Positions 30,753-44,249 of a stretch of 64,000 bases of DNA are shown here, in pieces. Made by a program: the position numbers and the translations under genes. Within the stretch, counting starts at the first letter, position 1, and each line of letters opens with the position of its first letter. The DNA comes from Squalus acanthias (Eukaryota). The notes under the pieces were generated by a model. That model was not told the DNA's origin and did not search any database. It worked only from the letters and a program-made list of their open reading frames with translations. Location: NCBI GenBank assembly GCA_030390025.1, contig CM059432.1:89468001-89532000 (forward strand). Direction: 5' to 3'.

Positions 30753-33021
30753 TTTCAAATAAAACTGTTGGACTATAACCTGGTGTTGTGCGACTTCTCA
30801 CTTTTGTCCACCCCAGTCCAACACCGGCATCTCCGCATCATGTCTTCTAAACTCCAGAGAGTATAGGCCCATTCGACACAATCTCTCATCATAGGACAGC
30901 CCTCTCATCCCAGGAATCAATCTAGTGAACCTTCATTGCACCGCCTCCAAGGCAAGTATATCCTTCCTTAGATAAGGAGACCAAAACTGTGCACAGTACT
31001 CCAGGTGTGGTCTCACCAAGGCCCTGTACAATTGTAGCAAGACTTCCTTACTCTTATACTCCAACCCCCTTTCAATAAAGGCCAACAAGCCATTTGCCTT
31101 CCTTATTGCTTGCTGTACCTGCATGCTAGCTTTCTGTGTTTCTTGCACGAGGACACCCAAATCTCTCTGAACACCAACATTTAAAAGTTTCTTTCCATTT
31201 AAAAAATATTCTGTTTTTGTATTCTTCCTACCAAAGTGAATAACCTCACATTTCCCTAAATTATACTCCATCTGCCACCTTACTGCCCACTCTACCTTAG
31301 GGGAGCCCATAGACACTGCTTAAGTGTTAGACTCTTGGTGTTCTCCTCACAGCTTACTGTCCCACCTAGCTTTGTATCGTCAGCAAACTTGGATACATTA
31401 CACTCGGTCCCTTCATCTACATCATTGATGTAGATTGTAAAGAGCTAAGGCCCCAGCACTGATCCTTGCAGCACCCCACTAGTTACAGCCTGCCAACCTG
31501 AAAAAGACCCGTTTATCCCTACTCTCTGTTTTCTGTCCGTTAACCAATCCTCTATCCATGCTACTATATTACCCCCAACCCCGTGAGCCCTTATCTTGTG
31601 TAATAACCTATTATGTGGCACCTTATCTAATGCTTTTTGGAAATCCAAATATACTACATCCACTGGTTCCCCTTTATCTACCCTGCTAGTTACATCCTCA
31701 AAAAACTCGAATAAATTTGTCAAATATGATTTCCCTTTCATAAAATCATGTTGACTCTGTCTAATCATGTTATGGTTTTCTAAGTGCCCTGATACCACTT
31801 CCTTAACAAGGGATTCCAGCATTTTCCTGATGATCAATGTCAGTTCCCCGTTTTCTCTCTCCCTCCTTTCTTGAATAGCATTTGCTACCTTCCAATCCGC
31901 TGGGACCGTTCTAGAATCTAGGGAATTTTGGAACATCAAAACCAATGCAAAGGTACAAAATGCTTTGGTATAGTTGGTGTACATTGGGATGATTTCTAAC
32001 ACTTAAACAGTGTCTATGGGCTCCCCTAAGGTAAAGCAAAAACAAATAAATACAAGTTGAACTCAAAGAACTGATTGTTTCTGAAAAGTAATTTGTTTCA
32101 CCACAATGTTTAACTAACTGTATGTTGTAGAGGAAATATAGCTTGCAATGCTGAAGTTATATTATTTTACCTGTAAACACTGTAAAATCATAATCTTGAA
32201 AGGAAGTATTCATTTACAGCTTTTACAGTCAGTTATTTGATTGACATGAATTAATATGATGGTGGTCATTTTAAGTTTCGCCGATGGTGTGAAACGGGTG
32301 ATATAGGATCGGCGGACCGTTGTATGCCCCGCTTGATTTTACTTTTCATTATACCTGCATTTGTTGGCCACTCATGGACTCCTCTTCCCTATCTCGATTG
32401 TGCCACGCATTCAGAACTTCCAAATAAATACCCTGTTTGTAAGCTGTTAAATGCCAGCAGCAATCAAGAATAAGAAGAGTTTTGCCAAAATAAAAGCTAA
32501 AAGTGGAGAATTAACCAACTCAATCAAAAAAATACATGGAGTAAAATGTAGCAAGAGGTAAGTGAAAATTGGCATTTTGTTTTTAACTGGACTGGAACAG
32601 AATCCATTATCTGCCCTTTAGAAGCCTACTTGTGTAAACCAGGTCCTGGAACTTGTGATGCATCGTTTTTTATCGGCAAGGCTCACTCTATCAGGGAAAC
32701 CTTGCTCAAAGATTTGAAACTTAGCAGGGAACATTTTAACAGATAATTTAAATATTGAAATGAGACCACACTTGCTGGTTTTGTGGCATAAATCTTTGCC
32801 TCCAAATCGCCTGTCAGAAGCTTGGGTGCCCTGTAAATCGATTGCAGGAGATTGGGGGAATATTTTTTAACCCATGCTCCCTGCAAGTTGCCTCAGCCCC
32901 ACACAAAGGGCTGTTCTCAATTCACTTCTTTCAATACCCATCAACCAGCCTCATTCAAAAAATAACAGGATCTCATATCTATAACTGAACTAATCACAAA
33001 GTCTGCACATATTGGAGATAT

Positions 33022-35431
33022 TCAGCATGCGCCTCACAATTAACCTGACGACTCCCAGTGATTCAAAGACACAGAGTGTTCACAGCGCCTGGTCTGCACT
33101 CAAGGCCTCCATAATCAGCACCTGTGAAGAGACGCTCGGTCACTCGACCAGGAAACACCAAGTGTGGTTCGACAAGAACGACCAGGAGATCCAGGAGCTA
33201 ATAAGCCGCAAGCGCAAGGCATTCCTGATCTGGAAACAGCAACAGAACTCGAGAGCAAGAAAGCAGCTCTACAGACGCCTGAAGGCCAAGGTCCAACAAA
33301 AAACTCATGACCTAAAGAACAGATGGTGGGTGGCGAAAGCGCAGGAGATCCAGCAGCTAGCCGACAACCACGACATGCGTGGATTCTTTAGCGCAGTCAA
33401 GACCACTTACGGCCCAAGCACCCAAGGTCCTACACCACTGTGGGCCAAGAACGGAGAGGTACTCATCAAGGACAGAGAGGCAGTCAGTGCCCGCTGGAAG
33501 GAGCATTTCGAAGATCTCCTTAACCGAGACTCCGTCTTCGACGCGAGTGTCCTCAACTCCATCCTGCAGCATGCTACCCGCCACCACCTCAGCACAACCC
33601 CAACCTGGCATAAGGTTGAAAAGGCCATCCGACAACTCAAGAACAACAAGGCCTCAGGAGCAGATGGAATCCCCGCCGAGGTGCTAAAACATGGCGGAGA
33701 AGCACTATTGGCGCGAATACATGAACTAATTTCTCTTATTTGGAAGGAGGAGAGCATGCCAGGGGATCTCAGAGAGCCGTAATCGTGACCATCTTCAAGA
33801 AAGATGACAAGTCCAATTGCAGTAATTACAGAGGAGTTTCCCTGCTGTCTGCCACAGGGAAAATCATCGCAAGAATCCTCCTCAATTGCCTTCTCCCAGT
33901 GGCTGAAGAGCTCCTCCCAGAGTCGCAATGTGGATTCTGCCCACTAAAGGGCACAATGGACATGATTTTCACCACGCGTCAACTACAAGAGAAATGCAGG
34001 GAACAGCACCAACCGCTGTGACATAAGAAAACTACTAGGCACTTGGTCTGAGTATTAAACAAGGCTTTAATCAACTGCTTTCCAACATGGAGATCTAGTT
34101 GTGTCCTTCACTTGTTCCTGTTAAAGAATGTCCTGAGCAAGCTGGGCCCATGCCCGAGTATTTATACTCTCCCTGGACAGCACCACCAGCAAGCCACCCA
34201 GTATTATTTCATAAGTAATTTCCACATGAATGACAAGATTCATGTCACTCTGTACATGGCCTTCTTTGACCTCACAAACGTCTTCGACACCATCAACTGT
34301 GAGGGATTATGGAGTGTCCTCCTCAAATTCGGCTGCCCTCAAAAGTTTGTCACCATCCTCCGCCTGCTTCACGATGACATGCAAGCCACGATCCTGACCA
34401 GATCCAAGGTCGTCCCATCCTCTGTCATTGAATTACAGTATGCAGATGACGCGAGCTCTGAGGCCGAACTCCAAACCATCGTCAACACCTTCACCGAAGC
34501 GTACGAGAGCATGGGCCTTACACTAAACATCTAGAAGACAAAGGTCCTCTACCAACCTGCCACCGCCACACAGTACTGCTCCCCGATTATCAAAATCCAT
34601 GACGAGGCCTTGGACAACGTGGACCACTTTCCATATCTCGGGAGCCTACTGTCAACAAGGGCAGACGTCAATGACGAAGTCCAACACCGCCTTCAGTGTG
34701 CCAGTGCAGCCTTTGGTCGCCTGAGGAAGAGAGTGTTTGAAGACCAGGACCTCAAACCCAGCACCAAGCTCATGGTCTACAGGGCAGTAGTGATAGCTGC
34801 CCTCCTGTATGCTTCCGAGACATCGACCATGTACAGCAGGCACCTCAAAGCACTGGAGAGGTACCACCAACGCTGCCTCCACAAGATCCTGCAAATCCAT
34901 TGGCAGGATAGGCGCACCAACGTATCAGTGTTCTGGCTCAGGCCAACATCCCCAGCATTGAAGCTTTGACTACGCTCAATCAGCTCCAATGGACGGGTCA
35001 CATCGTCCGCATGCCCGATACGAGACTTCCAAAACAAGCGGTCTACTTGGAGCTCCGACACGGCAAGAGAGCCCCAGGTGGGCAAGGGAAATGCGTCAAG
35101 GAAAACCTCAAAGCCTCCTTGAAAAAGTGCAACATCCCCACCGACACCTGGGAATCCCTGGCCCAAGACTGCACAAAGTGGAGGAGAAGCATCCGGGAAC
35201 GCGCCGAACACCTTGAGTCTCTTCACCGGGAGCAAGCGGAAGCCAAGCGCAAACAGCGGAAGTAGCGCACGTCAACCCAAGCACCCCACACACCCGCCCC
35301 TTCAACCACCGTCTGCCCCACCTGTGACAGAGACTGTAAGTCCCGCATTGGACTCATCAGTCACCTGAGAACTCATTTTTAGTGTGGAAGCAAGTCATCC
35401 TCGGTTCCGAGGGACTGCCTAAGAAGAAGAT
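33022..35431 (+). mobile_element. RTE-clade LINE, 5'-truncated and disrupted
   Basis: RTE RT motifs (KASGADGIPAE, NYRGVSLLS, ESQCGF, LQYADD, FPYLGS); (AAG)n tail; ~13-bp TSD ATATTGGAG(A/T)TAT. Confidence 0.88.
34019..34247 (-). mobile_element. Short solo LTR inserted in the RTE
   Basis: TGACAT...ATGTCA ends; 5-bp TSD C(G/T)CTG; TATAAA and ATTAAA on the minus strand. Removing it restores RTE QHQPLYMAFFD. Confidence 0.7.
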
Positions 35432-36267
35432 ATATTGGAGTTATGTGTCAGACTTTCTCTCAAGCCTGTTACCAGGGAGACGAAAGCAGCAAACTTTGCA
35501 ACATATGTAATAACATAGGCTGGGGCAGTGCAGGTGTCTTTTACACTCTTATTAATTACGCCTGATTTAAAGACAGCTACCAAACAAAAACAAGACAGAC
35601 CTGCTTTATATTTGTCAAAGTCCACCAATATCAATCTTAAGATTTACAGTCTTACCATTTGTCTTCAAGTTTACCTGTTATGATTTGTCTGTGTCATTAT
35701 CATACATAACTGATCCAAAGAAGAATGACCCCTGATCATGTGATTTATCACTGGTGATCACTGCCGTAATAAACAGCCTATTTCAAAATGCCCTGTCTCA
35801 TTACATTTCCTACATCTTTGATTTTGCACTGTGCAATTAACTTAACCGTGTCTGTGATTACTGTGTGTTCAGGGAGCAAGTCGCTTCTGGCTTATCACCG
35901 GCCTGACTATGGTAGTTAGAAACTCTGGCACCCGGCAGAACTTGCCACCGCCCCTTCCCAAACCCTGGTCACGGTCTTTGTAGCCCTCTATGTAAAGGGG
36001 CTGATCTTTTTGTTCGGGGTCCAGGCCATTTCTCTGGTGGGGCCGACATTTGTATTTCTGGAAGCTGGTACGCCTCAACTCACTCAGCATAGCAGCCTCC
36101 ATTAAAATGTCAGGTCATGACTGAGCCAAAGGAATAGGCAATCCGCCCTTCGGGAGTCCCCTTTCCCTAGCCTCACCCCTTTCTGTGATTTGTCTTGTAA
36201 GTGGTAGGAAGCTCCCAGAAACAGTGGACTCCCAATGCAACATGGTCCATGCCATTTTCTAGAAGGT

Positions 36268-38237
36268 TACATAGAAACATAGAAGATAGGAGCAGGAGTA
36301 GGCCATTCGGCCCCTCGAGCCTGCTCCGCCATTCGATGAGATCATGGCTGATCATCTAAACTCAGTACCCTGTACCTGCCTTCTCTCCATATCCCTGGAT
36401 ACCTTTAGCTTTAAGAAATATATCTAACTCATCCTTGACTATATTTAATGACTTCGCCTCAACTACCTTCTGTGGTAGAGAATTCCACAGGTTCACCATT
36501 CTCTGGGTGAAGAAATTCTTCCTCATTTCTGTCCTAAATGGTTTACCCGTTATCCGTAGATTATGACCCCTGGTTCTGGACTCTCCGAACATCGGGAACA
36601 TTCTTCCTGCATCTAGTTTGTCCAGACCTGTCAGAATTTTATATGTTTCGATGAGATCCCCTCTCATTCTTCTATACTCCAGTGAGTATAAGCCCAATCG
36701 ACCCAATCTCTCCTCATATGTCATTCCTGCCATCCCAGGTATCAGCCTTGTGAATCTTCGCTGAACTCCTTCCATGGCAAGAACATCCTTCCTCAGATAA
36801 GGTGACCAAAACTGCACACAGTACTCAAGGTGTGGTCTCACCAAGGCCCTGTACAACTGCAGCAGGACATCCCTGTTCCTATACTCAAACCCTTTCGCTA
36901 TGAAGGCCAACATACCATTTGCCTTCTTCACCGCCTGCTGCACCTGCATGCTTACTTTCAGCGACTGGTGCACAAGGACACCCAGGTCTCGTTGCACTTC
37001 CCCTTCTCCCAATCTATTGCCATTCAGATAATAGTCTGCCTTTCTGTTTTTGCCACCAAAGTGGATAACCTCGCACTTATACACGTTATATTGCATCTGC
37101 CACGCTTCTGCCCACTCACCCAACCTGTCCAGATCATCCTGGAGTTTCTCGCTATCCTCCTCGCTGCACACACTTCCACCCAGCTTTGTGTCATCTGCAA
37201 ACTTGGAGATATTACATTTAATTCCCTTATCTAGATCATTAATGTATATTGTGAATAGCTGGGGTCCAAGGACCGATCCCTGCGGTACCCCACTAGTCAC
37301 TGCTTGCCACTCGGAAAAAGACCCATTAATTCCTACTCGCTGCTTTCTGTCCGCCAACCAGTTCTCTATCCAAGTCAATACCTTGCCCCCAATCCCATGT
37401 GCCTTAACTTTACCCGCTAATCTCTTATGCGGGACCTTATCGAAAGCCTTTTGAAAGTCCAAATACACCACATCTACTGGTTCTCCCTTATCTATTTTCC
37501 CAGTTACATCCTCAAAAAATTCCAGTAGATTAGTCAAGCACGATTTACCTTTTGTAAATCCATGTTGACTTTGTCCGATCCTGTCACTGTTTTTCAAATG
37601 CTCAGCTATTACATCCTTTATAATGGACTCTAGCATTTCCCCCACTACCGATGTCAGGCTTACCGGTCTGTAATTCCCCGCTTTCTCTCTACCACCCTTT
37701 TTAAATAGTGGGGTAACATTAGCTACCCTCCAATCCATGGGTACAGTTCCAGATTCCATCGAATGTTGGAAGATGATCAGCAATGCATCTACTATTTCTA
37801 GGGCCACTTCCTTAAGTACCCTAGGATGTATATTATCAGGCCCTGGGGATTTATCAGCCTTCAATCCCGTCAATTTCCCTAACACCATTTCCCTGCAAAT
37901 ACTGATTTCTTTCAGTTCCTCCCTTTCATCAGACCGTATGTTCTCCAACATCTCTGGGAGGTTATTTGTGTCCTCCTTTGTGAAAACAGAACCAAAATAT
38001 GCATTTAATTGGGCTGCCATTTCTTTGTTCCCCATTATAACTTCCCCCGCTTCTGACTGCAAGGGACCTACACTTGATTTCACTAATCTTTTTCTCTTCA
38101 CATATCTATAAAAGCTCTTACAGTCAGTTTTTATGTTCCCAGCAAGCTTACTTTCATATTCTATTTTCCCCTTCTTAATTAATCCCTTTGTCCTCCTTTG
38201 TTGAATCCTAAACTGTTCCCAATCCTCAGGGCTACAG
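36268..38237 (-). mobile_element. Young CR1 LINE, 5'-truncated, with open RT frame
   Basis: 656-aa ORF 36362-38332 (N-terminal ~30 aa not LINE-derived) with NYRPVSLTS, GVPQGSVLGP, KFADD; intact 3' tail. Confidence 0.95.
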
Positions 38238-38634
38238 GTTCTGCTGGTCTCCTGAGTTAGGGCAAGAAACCGGTCAAAACGCTGAGCAATTTTAGCTCCA
38301 TTGTATTTACAGGAAAAGGCCACTAGGCCCAAACCAGCCTGTATCTTTTTCTCAGACCAACGTCACTTGCCCACGACTTCACGAGACCCTTTGAACTTTC
38401 TCTCAAGAAAGATATCTATTTGTCGCTTCAATCCATTTATACGGCCCACTTCAACAGCTTTCCCTGCTAACTTATTCCACAATTCTATTACCTTCTGGGT
38501 GAGAAAGTTCCTCCTGATTTCCTTTTTAGATTTTAACTTCCTAATTTTTAACATGTGTCCTCTGGTATTTGAAGTCTTCACTATAGTAAACAATTTGTTT
38601 TGGTCAATTTTATCAATTCCTTCCCTAATTTTTT

Positions 38635-39630
38635 CGTTTCGATCATGGGATGTGGACATATTTCCCATCCCTAATTGCCCTTGACAAGATGGTGGTGAGC
38701 CCGCTTCTTGAACCGCTGCAGTCCGTGAGCTGTTAGGTAGGGAGTTCCAGGTTTTTGACCCAGCGACGATGAATGAACGGCGATATATTTTGAAATCAGG
38801 ATGGTGTGTGACTTGGAGGGGAACTTGGAGGTGATGGTGTTCCCATGCGCCTGCTGCCCTTGTCCTTCTAGATGGTAGAGGTTGCGGGTTTGGGAGGTGC
38901 TGTCGAAGAAGCCTTGGTGAGTTGCTGCAGTGCATCTTGTAGATGGTACACACTGTAGCCACGGTGCAACAGTGGTGGAGGGAGTGAATGTTTAAGGTGG
39001 TGGATGGGGTGCCAATCAAGCAGGCTGCTTTGTCTTGGATGGTGTTGAGCTTCTTGAGTGTTGTTGGAGCTGCACTCATTTAGGTAAGTGGAGAGTATGC
39101 CATCACTTTCCTGAATTGTGCCTTGTAGATGGTGGAAGGGCTTTGGGAAGTCAGGAGGTGAGACACTCGCCACAGAATAACCAGCCTCTGACTCGCTCTT
39201 GTAGCCACAGTATTTATGTGGCTGGTCCAGTTAAGTTACTGGTCAATGGCGACCCCCAGGATGTTGATGGTGGGGGATTCGGCAATGGTAATGCCGTTGA
39301 ATGTCATGGGGTGGTGGTTTAGACTCTCGCTTGTTGGAGATAATAATTGCCTGGCACTTGTGTGGCGCAAATGTTACATGCCATGTATCAGCCTAAGCCT
39401 GAATGTTGTCCAGGTCTTGTTGCATGCGGGCTCGGACTGCTACATTAACTGAGGAGTTACGAATGGAACTGAACACTGTGCAATCATCAGCAAACATCCC
39501 CATTTCTGACCCTATGATGGAGGGAAGGTCATTGATGAAGCAGCTGAAGATGGTTGGGCCTAGGGCACTGCCCTGAGGAACTCCTGCAGCAATGTCCTGG
39601 GGCTGAGATGTTTGACCTCCAACAACCACA
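38635..39630 (-). mobile_element. CR1/L2-group LINE fragment of a second family, inside an older CR1 relic
   Basis: GVPQGSALGPTIFSCFINDLPS...MFADD; related to 40563-41690. Confidence 0.8.
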
Positions 39631-39783
39631 ACTATAATGTTAGAAACTTATATTAGATCATCTTAACTTTTCCATTTTCCAAAGAAAACAAGCCTAATTT
39701 CATTAATCTTTCTTCTGAGTTTAAATACCTGACACACAAAATTATTGTTGTTGCTTCTTTCTGTATCCCTCAATAGCAATGTA

Positions 39784-40530
39784 GGTCTGGAATTTGCGGT
39801 GGGTAATAACAGCAAACGAACAGCGTTCGCTGTTATTACCCCTTGAAACTGACCGCAACTTCAGGATTGAGCGCATGCGCTTCCTAACGCGGAAATCCTG
39901 AAGTTGCGCTAAGTCATTCACTGCTCCGACACTGGCTCCGCTGTGGCCACACCCCACTCACAGCTGGAAATCAGTGTGATCAGTGAAATCAGGGAAACTA
40001 ACGAAAGCTTCTGCTATTCCGCAGTAATACCGCTGTTAAATACCCCATTAAAAGTTAGACAAGGTGTAACTGGGGTTTCAGCAGCATATTGACTGCTAAA
40101 CAAACACTATCCCTGAAAAACTAATTTTAATTTTATGGAGTGTCAAATTTATCCATTTTAATAAAAATTACAATTTTTAAGAAACTAATGTTTTAATTTT
40201 TTTTTAAAGTTTGTTCATCTTTATTTCAGGTAACCTTTTCCCCATGTGAGAGCCCCAATCCTTGTTTTGCTCTCTAACATTTTGAAAAAGTCAGAATAAA
40301 AGGAGCTTCTTCACTTCCTGGTTCCCGGTTTGTGAGAATTCTGCATTGCGATTGGCTGCTTCGACAGCTTGTAGACATCACAGCAGCTCGTACATTAACG
40401 TACACTGATCTAAGCTAAACGTCAGAAAAGCCCAACTTCTCGCCACAGAGAGCGCGAGGTCTTTGTGGGAAGCTTACTTTGGGGTCAGCAGTGAACGCCT
40501 TTGCTTCGCTGCTGACTGCAAATTACGGGC
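39784..40530. mobile_element. Harbinger-type MITE
   Basis: Imperfect TIR GGTCTGGAATTTGC / GCAAATTACGGGCC; CpG-rich ends with AT-rich core. Confidence 0.55.
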
Positions 40531-40562
40531 CATTATCCTTTGTATAATTAGATGTCCCAGTA

Positions 40563-41690
40563 CAGCTGCAACACCAGCATCTATCCGATGCGGAAAACTG
40601 CCTAAGTATGTCCTGTCCACAAAAAGCAGCACAAATCCAATCCGGCCAATTACCGCCCCATCAGTCTACTCTCAATCATCAGCAAAGTGATGGAAGGTGT
40701 CATCGACAGTGCTATCAAGCGGCACTTACTCACCAATAACCTGCTCACAGGTGCCCAGTTTGGGTTCCGCCAAGACCACTCAGCTCCCGAACTCATTACA
40801 GCTTTGGTTCAAACATGGACAAAAGAGCTGAATTCCAGAGGTGAGGCAAGAGTGACTGCCCTTGATATCAAGGCAGCATTTGACAGAGGGTGGCATCAAG
40901 GAGCCCTAGTAAAACTGAAGTCAATGGGAATTGGGGGGAAAACTCTCCACTGGCTGGAGTCATACCTAGCACAAAGGAAGATGGTTGCGGTGGTTGAAGG
41001 TCAATCATCACAGCCCCAGGACATCGCTGCAGGAGTTCCTCAGGGCAGTGTCCTAGACCAACCATCTTCAGCTGCTTCGTCAATGACCTTCCCTCCAACA
41101 TAAGGTCAGAAATGGGAATGTTCGCTGATGACTGCACAGTGTTCAGTGCTATTCACAACTCCTCAGATAATGAAGCAGTCCATGCCCGCTTGCAACAACA
41201 CCTGGACAACATTCAGGCTTGGGCTGATAAGTGACGGGTAACATTCACGCCACACAAGTGCCAGGCAATGACTATCTCCAACAAGCGAGAGTCTAACCAT
41301 CGCCCCATGATATTCAACTGCATTACCATCACTGAATCCCCCACCATCAACATCCTGGGGGGTCACTATTGACCAGAAACATAACTGGACCAGCCACATA
41401 AATACTGTGGCAACAAGAGCAGGTCAGAAGCTAGGTATTCTGTGGCGAGTATCTCACCTCCTGACTCCCCAAAGCCTTTCCACCATCTACAAGGCACAAG
41501 TAAGGAGTGTAATGGAATACTCTCCACTTGCCTGGATGAATGCAGTTAACAGCACTGTGGGAGTACCTTCACCACACGGACTGCAGCTGTTCAAGGCGGC
41601 GGCTCACTACCACCTTCTGAAGGGCAATTAGGGATGGGCAATAAATGCTGGCTTTGCCAGCGACACCCACATCCCATAAATGAATTTTTT
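40563..41690 (+). mobile_element. CR1/L2-group LINE RT fragment
   Basis: QFGFR...ALDIKAAFD...GVPQGSVL, FADD, then 3' end. Confidence 0.85.
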
Positions 41691-41814
41691 TTAAATGACA
41701 AGAATTGCACTATTCTGGATATGGGCTGACCAATGCCTTATGCACCAATAACACCTCTTCAGAGTAAAAGCCACCCGGTACCTTATACATTTTTCTTACT
41801 ACAGTTAATCAAGG

Positions 41815-42200
41815 TGAAAAGAAAAGAAAGACCTGCATTGATATAGCGCCTTTCACGACCACCAGACATCCCACAGCAAGCTCCCACAAACAGCAATGTG
41901 ATAATGACCAAATAATTTGTTTTTTGATGTTGATTGAGTGATAAACATTGGCCAGGATACTGGGGATAACTCTCCTACGAAATATTGCCACGGCATCTTT
42001 TACGTCTACCTGAGAGAGCAGACGGGGCCTCGGTTTAACATCTCATTTGATCTGATCTGAAAGAAGGCACCTCCGTCAGTGCATCAGTACCGCACTGGAG
42101 TATCAGCCTAGATTTTTGTGCTCAAGTTTCTGGAGTGGGCCTTGAACCCACAACTTTCAGGCGCGAGAGTGCTACCAACTGTGCCACAGCTGACACTGTG
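41815..42200 (-). mobile_element. SINE of a tRNA-head type, degenerate
   Basis: tRNA-like head on minus strand (GTGGCACAGTTGGTAGCAC...GGGTTCAAG); related to 52670-53925 and 62760-62858. Confidence 0.6.
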
Positions 42201-42598
42201 CTGATGGTTTCCTAGAATTAAGCACTCTATACCACCCCCCTCACCCCTGCTCCCACAACCACCACCACCACCATCACCTCAAGCACCCCAGTCACAGTAC
42301 CACTGTTCCATTTAACATATATTCCCTTTTTGCTCCCATATAAATTATTTTACACTTCACGACACCGAATTTCATCGTGCTTCATATTGGATTGATTGGC
42401 TAAAAGCTGTAAATCTTTCTGAATCTGGTTAGATTATTCCTTCTTATTTGCCTTGCTTTGTATTTTATCCATTTGGAGCTTTTGTTCTCTCCATTCTTCT
42501 CCTAAGTCAACTAGATATCAAGAATAACAAGGCCAACTGCTGGGGGACCTCCCAGTCATGCTTTTGGGTTGTACAGTAGATATTTTCTCGGATTCAGT

Positions 42599-43317
42599 GG
42601 CCCTGAAATTCCGTTCCCTACGGGTGTGTACGCGCTGTGTACTCACCCGTGGGGCCAACGGAAGTGCCGGTTTTGCGCATGCGCTGGAAACCGGAACTTC
42701 TGTTCTCTTGAAGGAAGGGGTTCACAGGTCAACCGCGTGCGCCGGAGAGGCAGCGCGTACGCATCGAACTTCCGGTTTTTTCTCAGTTGATGCAGTGCGG
42801 GTAAGTCCCTAGCAGCTGCGCTTGGAAAAAGCAGGCACAAGGCCTGCATTTAACAAGGTAAGAGATGAAGAAAGTAAAAGTAAAACATTTTTTCCACAGG
42901 TTTATCATTTTAAAATACTTTAAAGAAAGGTAAGTTTATTTTTAGCCCTGTTAAAAACTTTAAAGTAGTTAATTTATGTAATTTATAGTTATTTTAAAAA
43001 TGTGATATAAAAAAAAAAATTATTTGAAGTTTTAGTTAGGTTTTGGGGCCGATCTCTATTCATAGATTTGACAGGTCTTCCTGTCAAATCTATGAATGGA
43101 GATTCCCTGCTCCGATTGGCTCCCCATGGCCCACGTGATCCCAGGGATGCTGCGAACTAGCTGCACCCCTGGGATACGCCTGCCCTGCACACCAACAGCT
43201 GGAGCAGGCACTGGAACGGAATTCTGCGCGGGCCCAGAGCATAACGGTAGGCGCGCTTCTTAAGTGCAGGTCGGGGGCTTGCGCCCGCGGGAAGCCTCCA
43301 ACCGGAATTTCTGGGCC
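42599..43317. mobile_element. Harbinger-type MITE
   Basis: TIR GGCCCTGAAATTCCG / CGGAATTTCTGGGCC (14/15), AGT TSD. Confidence 0.85.
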
Positions 43318-43877
43318 AGTGTTGATGGTCACTCCTGTAAGCAGACCTCGATCCATTCGATCGTGCATTCGATCCAGAGTGCACCTTTCTTTTCCAATAT
43401 CTAGATAAATGATAACATGACCCAGGGATTATAACAAAGAAATATTACTCTGCACACTGCTTACAGGAATGTACCATGTGCTGCCACATGATTCTCCTTT
43501 CTTTGAAAAGAGAACTGGAGATGCATACTTATCAAACTGAGATGCAGGCTTTGGACCACTAATTTAGTTATGTAAGATAGATAATTGACCAGTAAACTGT
43601 ATAACACAGTGAGATATAATTGTCTATCCTCCTTGGTACATAAAAAACAAGGAAGCCACACATTCTTTCTCTAAAAATAAGCTTTAAACTCAGTCTAGCC
43701 TGACTCCTCAGCTATACAAGCAATTACTTTAAAAACACAATTTAGCTATTGGTTATGAGACTGACTCAGGCAAATAGGCTTTTCACAGGAATACCATCCA
43801 CACTCCTTTGAAGTATACAGAACCAAAGGCAAAAGAAGGCTGAATCTCTCTTACTTACACCAGAGCAGCAGCTATTC

Positions 43878-44186
43878 ACAGAATCACAGAATCCCCACAG
43901 TGCAGATAGAGGCCATTTCAGCCCATCGAGCCTGCACCGACACATATCCCATCCTATCCCCGTAACCCCATGTATTTAATCCCCCTAACACTAAGGGTCA
44001 ATTTATCATAGCCAAATCAACCTAACCCGCACATCATTGGACTGTGGGAGGAAACCGGAGCACCCGGAGGAAACCCACGCAGACAATGTGCAAACTCCAC
44101 ACAGACAGTCACCCGAGGCCGGATTCGAAACCGGGTCCCTGGCGCTGTGAGGCAACAGTGCTAACCACTATGCCACCGTGTTGCCC
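43878..44186 (-). mobile_element. V-SINE (HE1-like elasmobranch SINE)
   Basis: Minus strand GGGCAACACGGTGGCATAGTGGTTAGCACTG...TGTGTGGAGTTTGCAC...CTCCGGTTTCCTCCCACAGTCC (V-domain) with a CR1-type tail. Confidence 0.8.
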
Positions 44187-44249
44187 TATTCTCTGGTTAC
44201 CAATTGCTTTGAATGTTTTAGTGGAGAATGCTGACTTCTAATAGTCTAA

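Larger units (their letters stand above)
29258..30842 (+). mobile_element. 5'-truncated Penelope-like element
   Basis: 12-bp TSD TCTTCTAAACTC (29246-29257, 30843-30854); RT plus GIY-YIG ORF; hammerhead in the 3' region. Confidence 0.92.
28875..31945 (-). mobile_element. CR1 LINE (RT region to 3' end), split by a Penelope insertion
   Basis: Minus ORFs 31445-32002, 30933-31316 and 28945-29190 give consecutive CR1 RT motifs (YLDFQKA, QGSVLGP, LVRPHLEYC, FFTQRVV). Confidence 0.9.
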
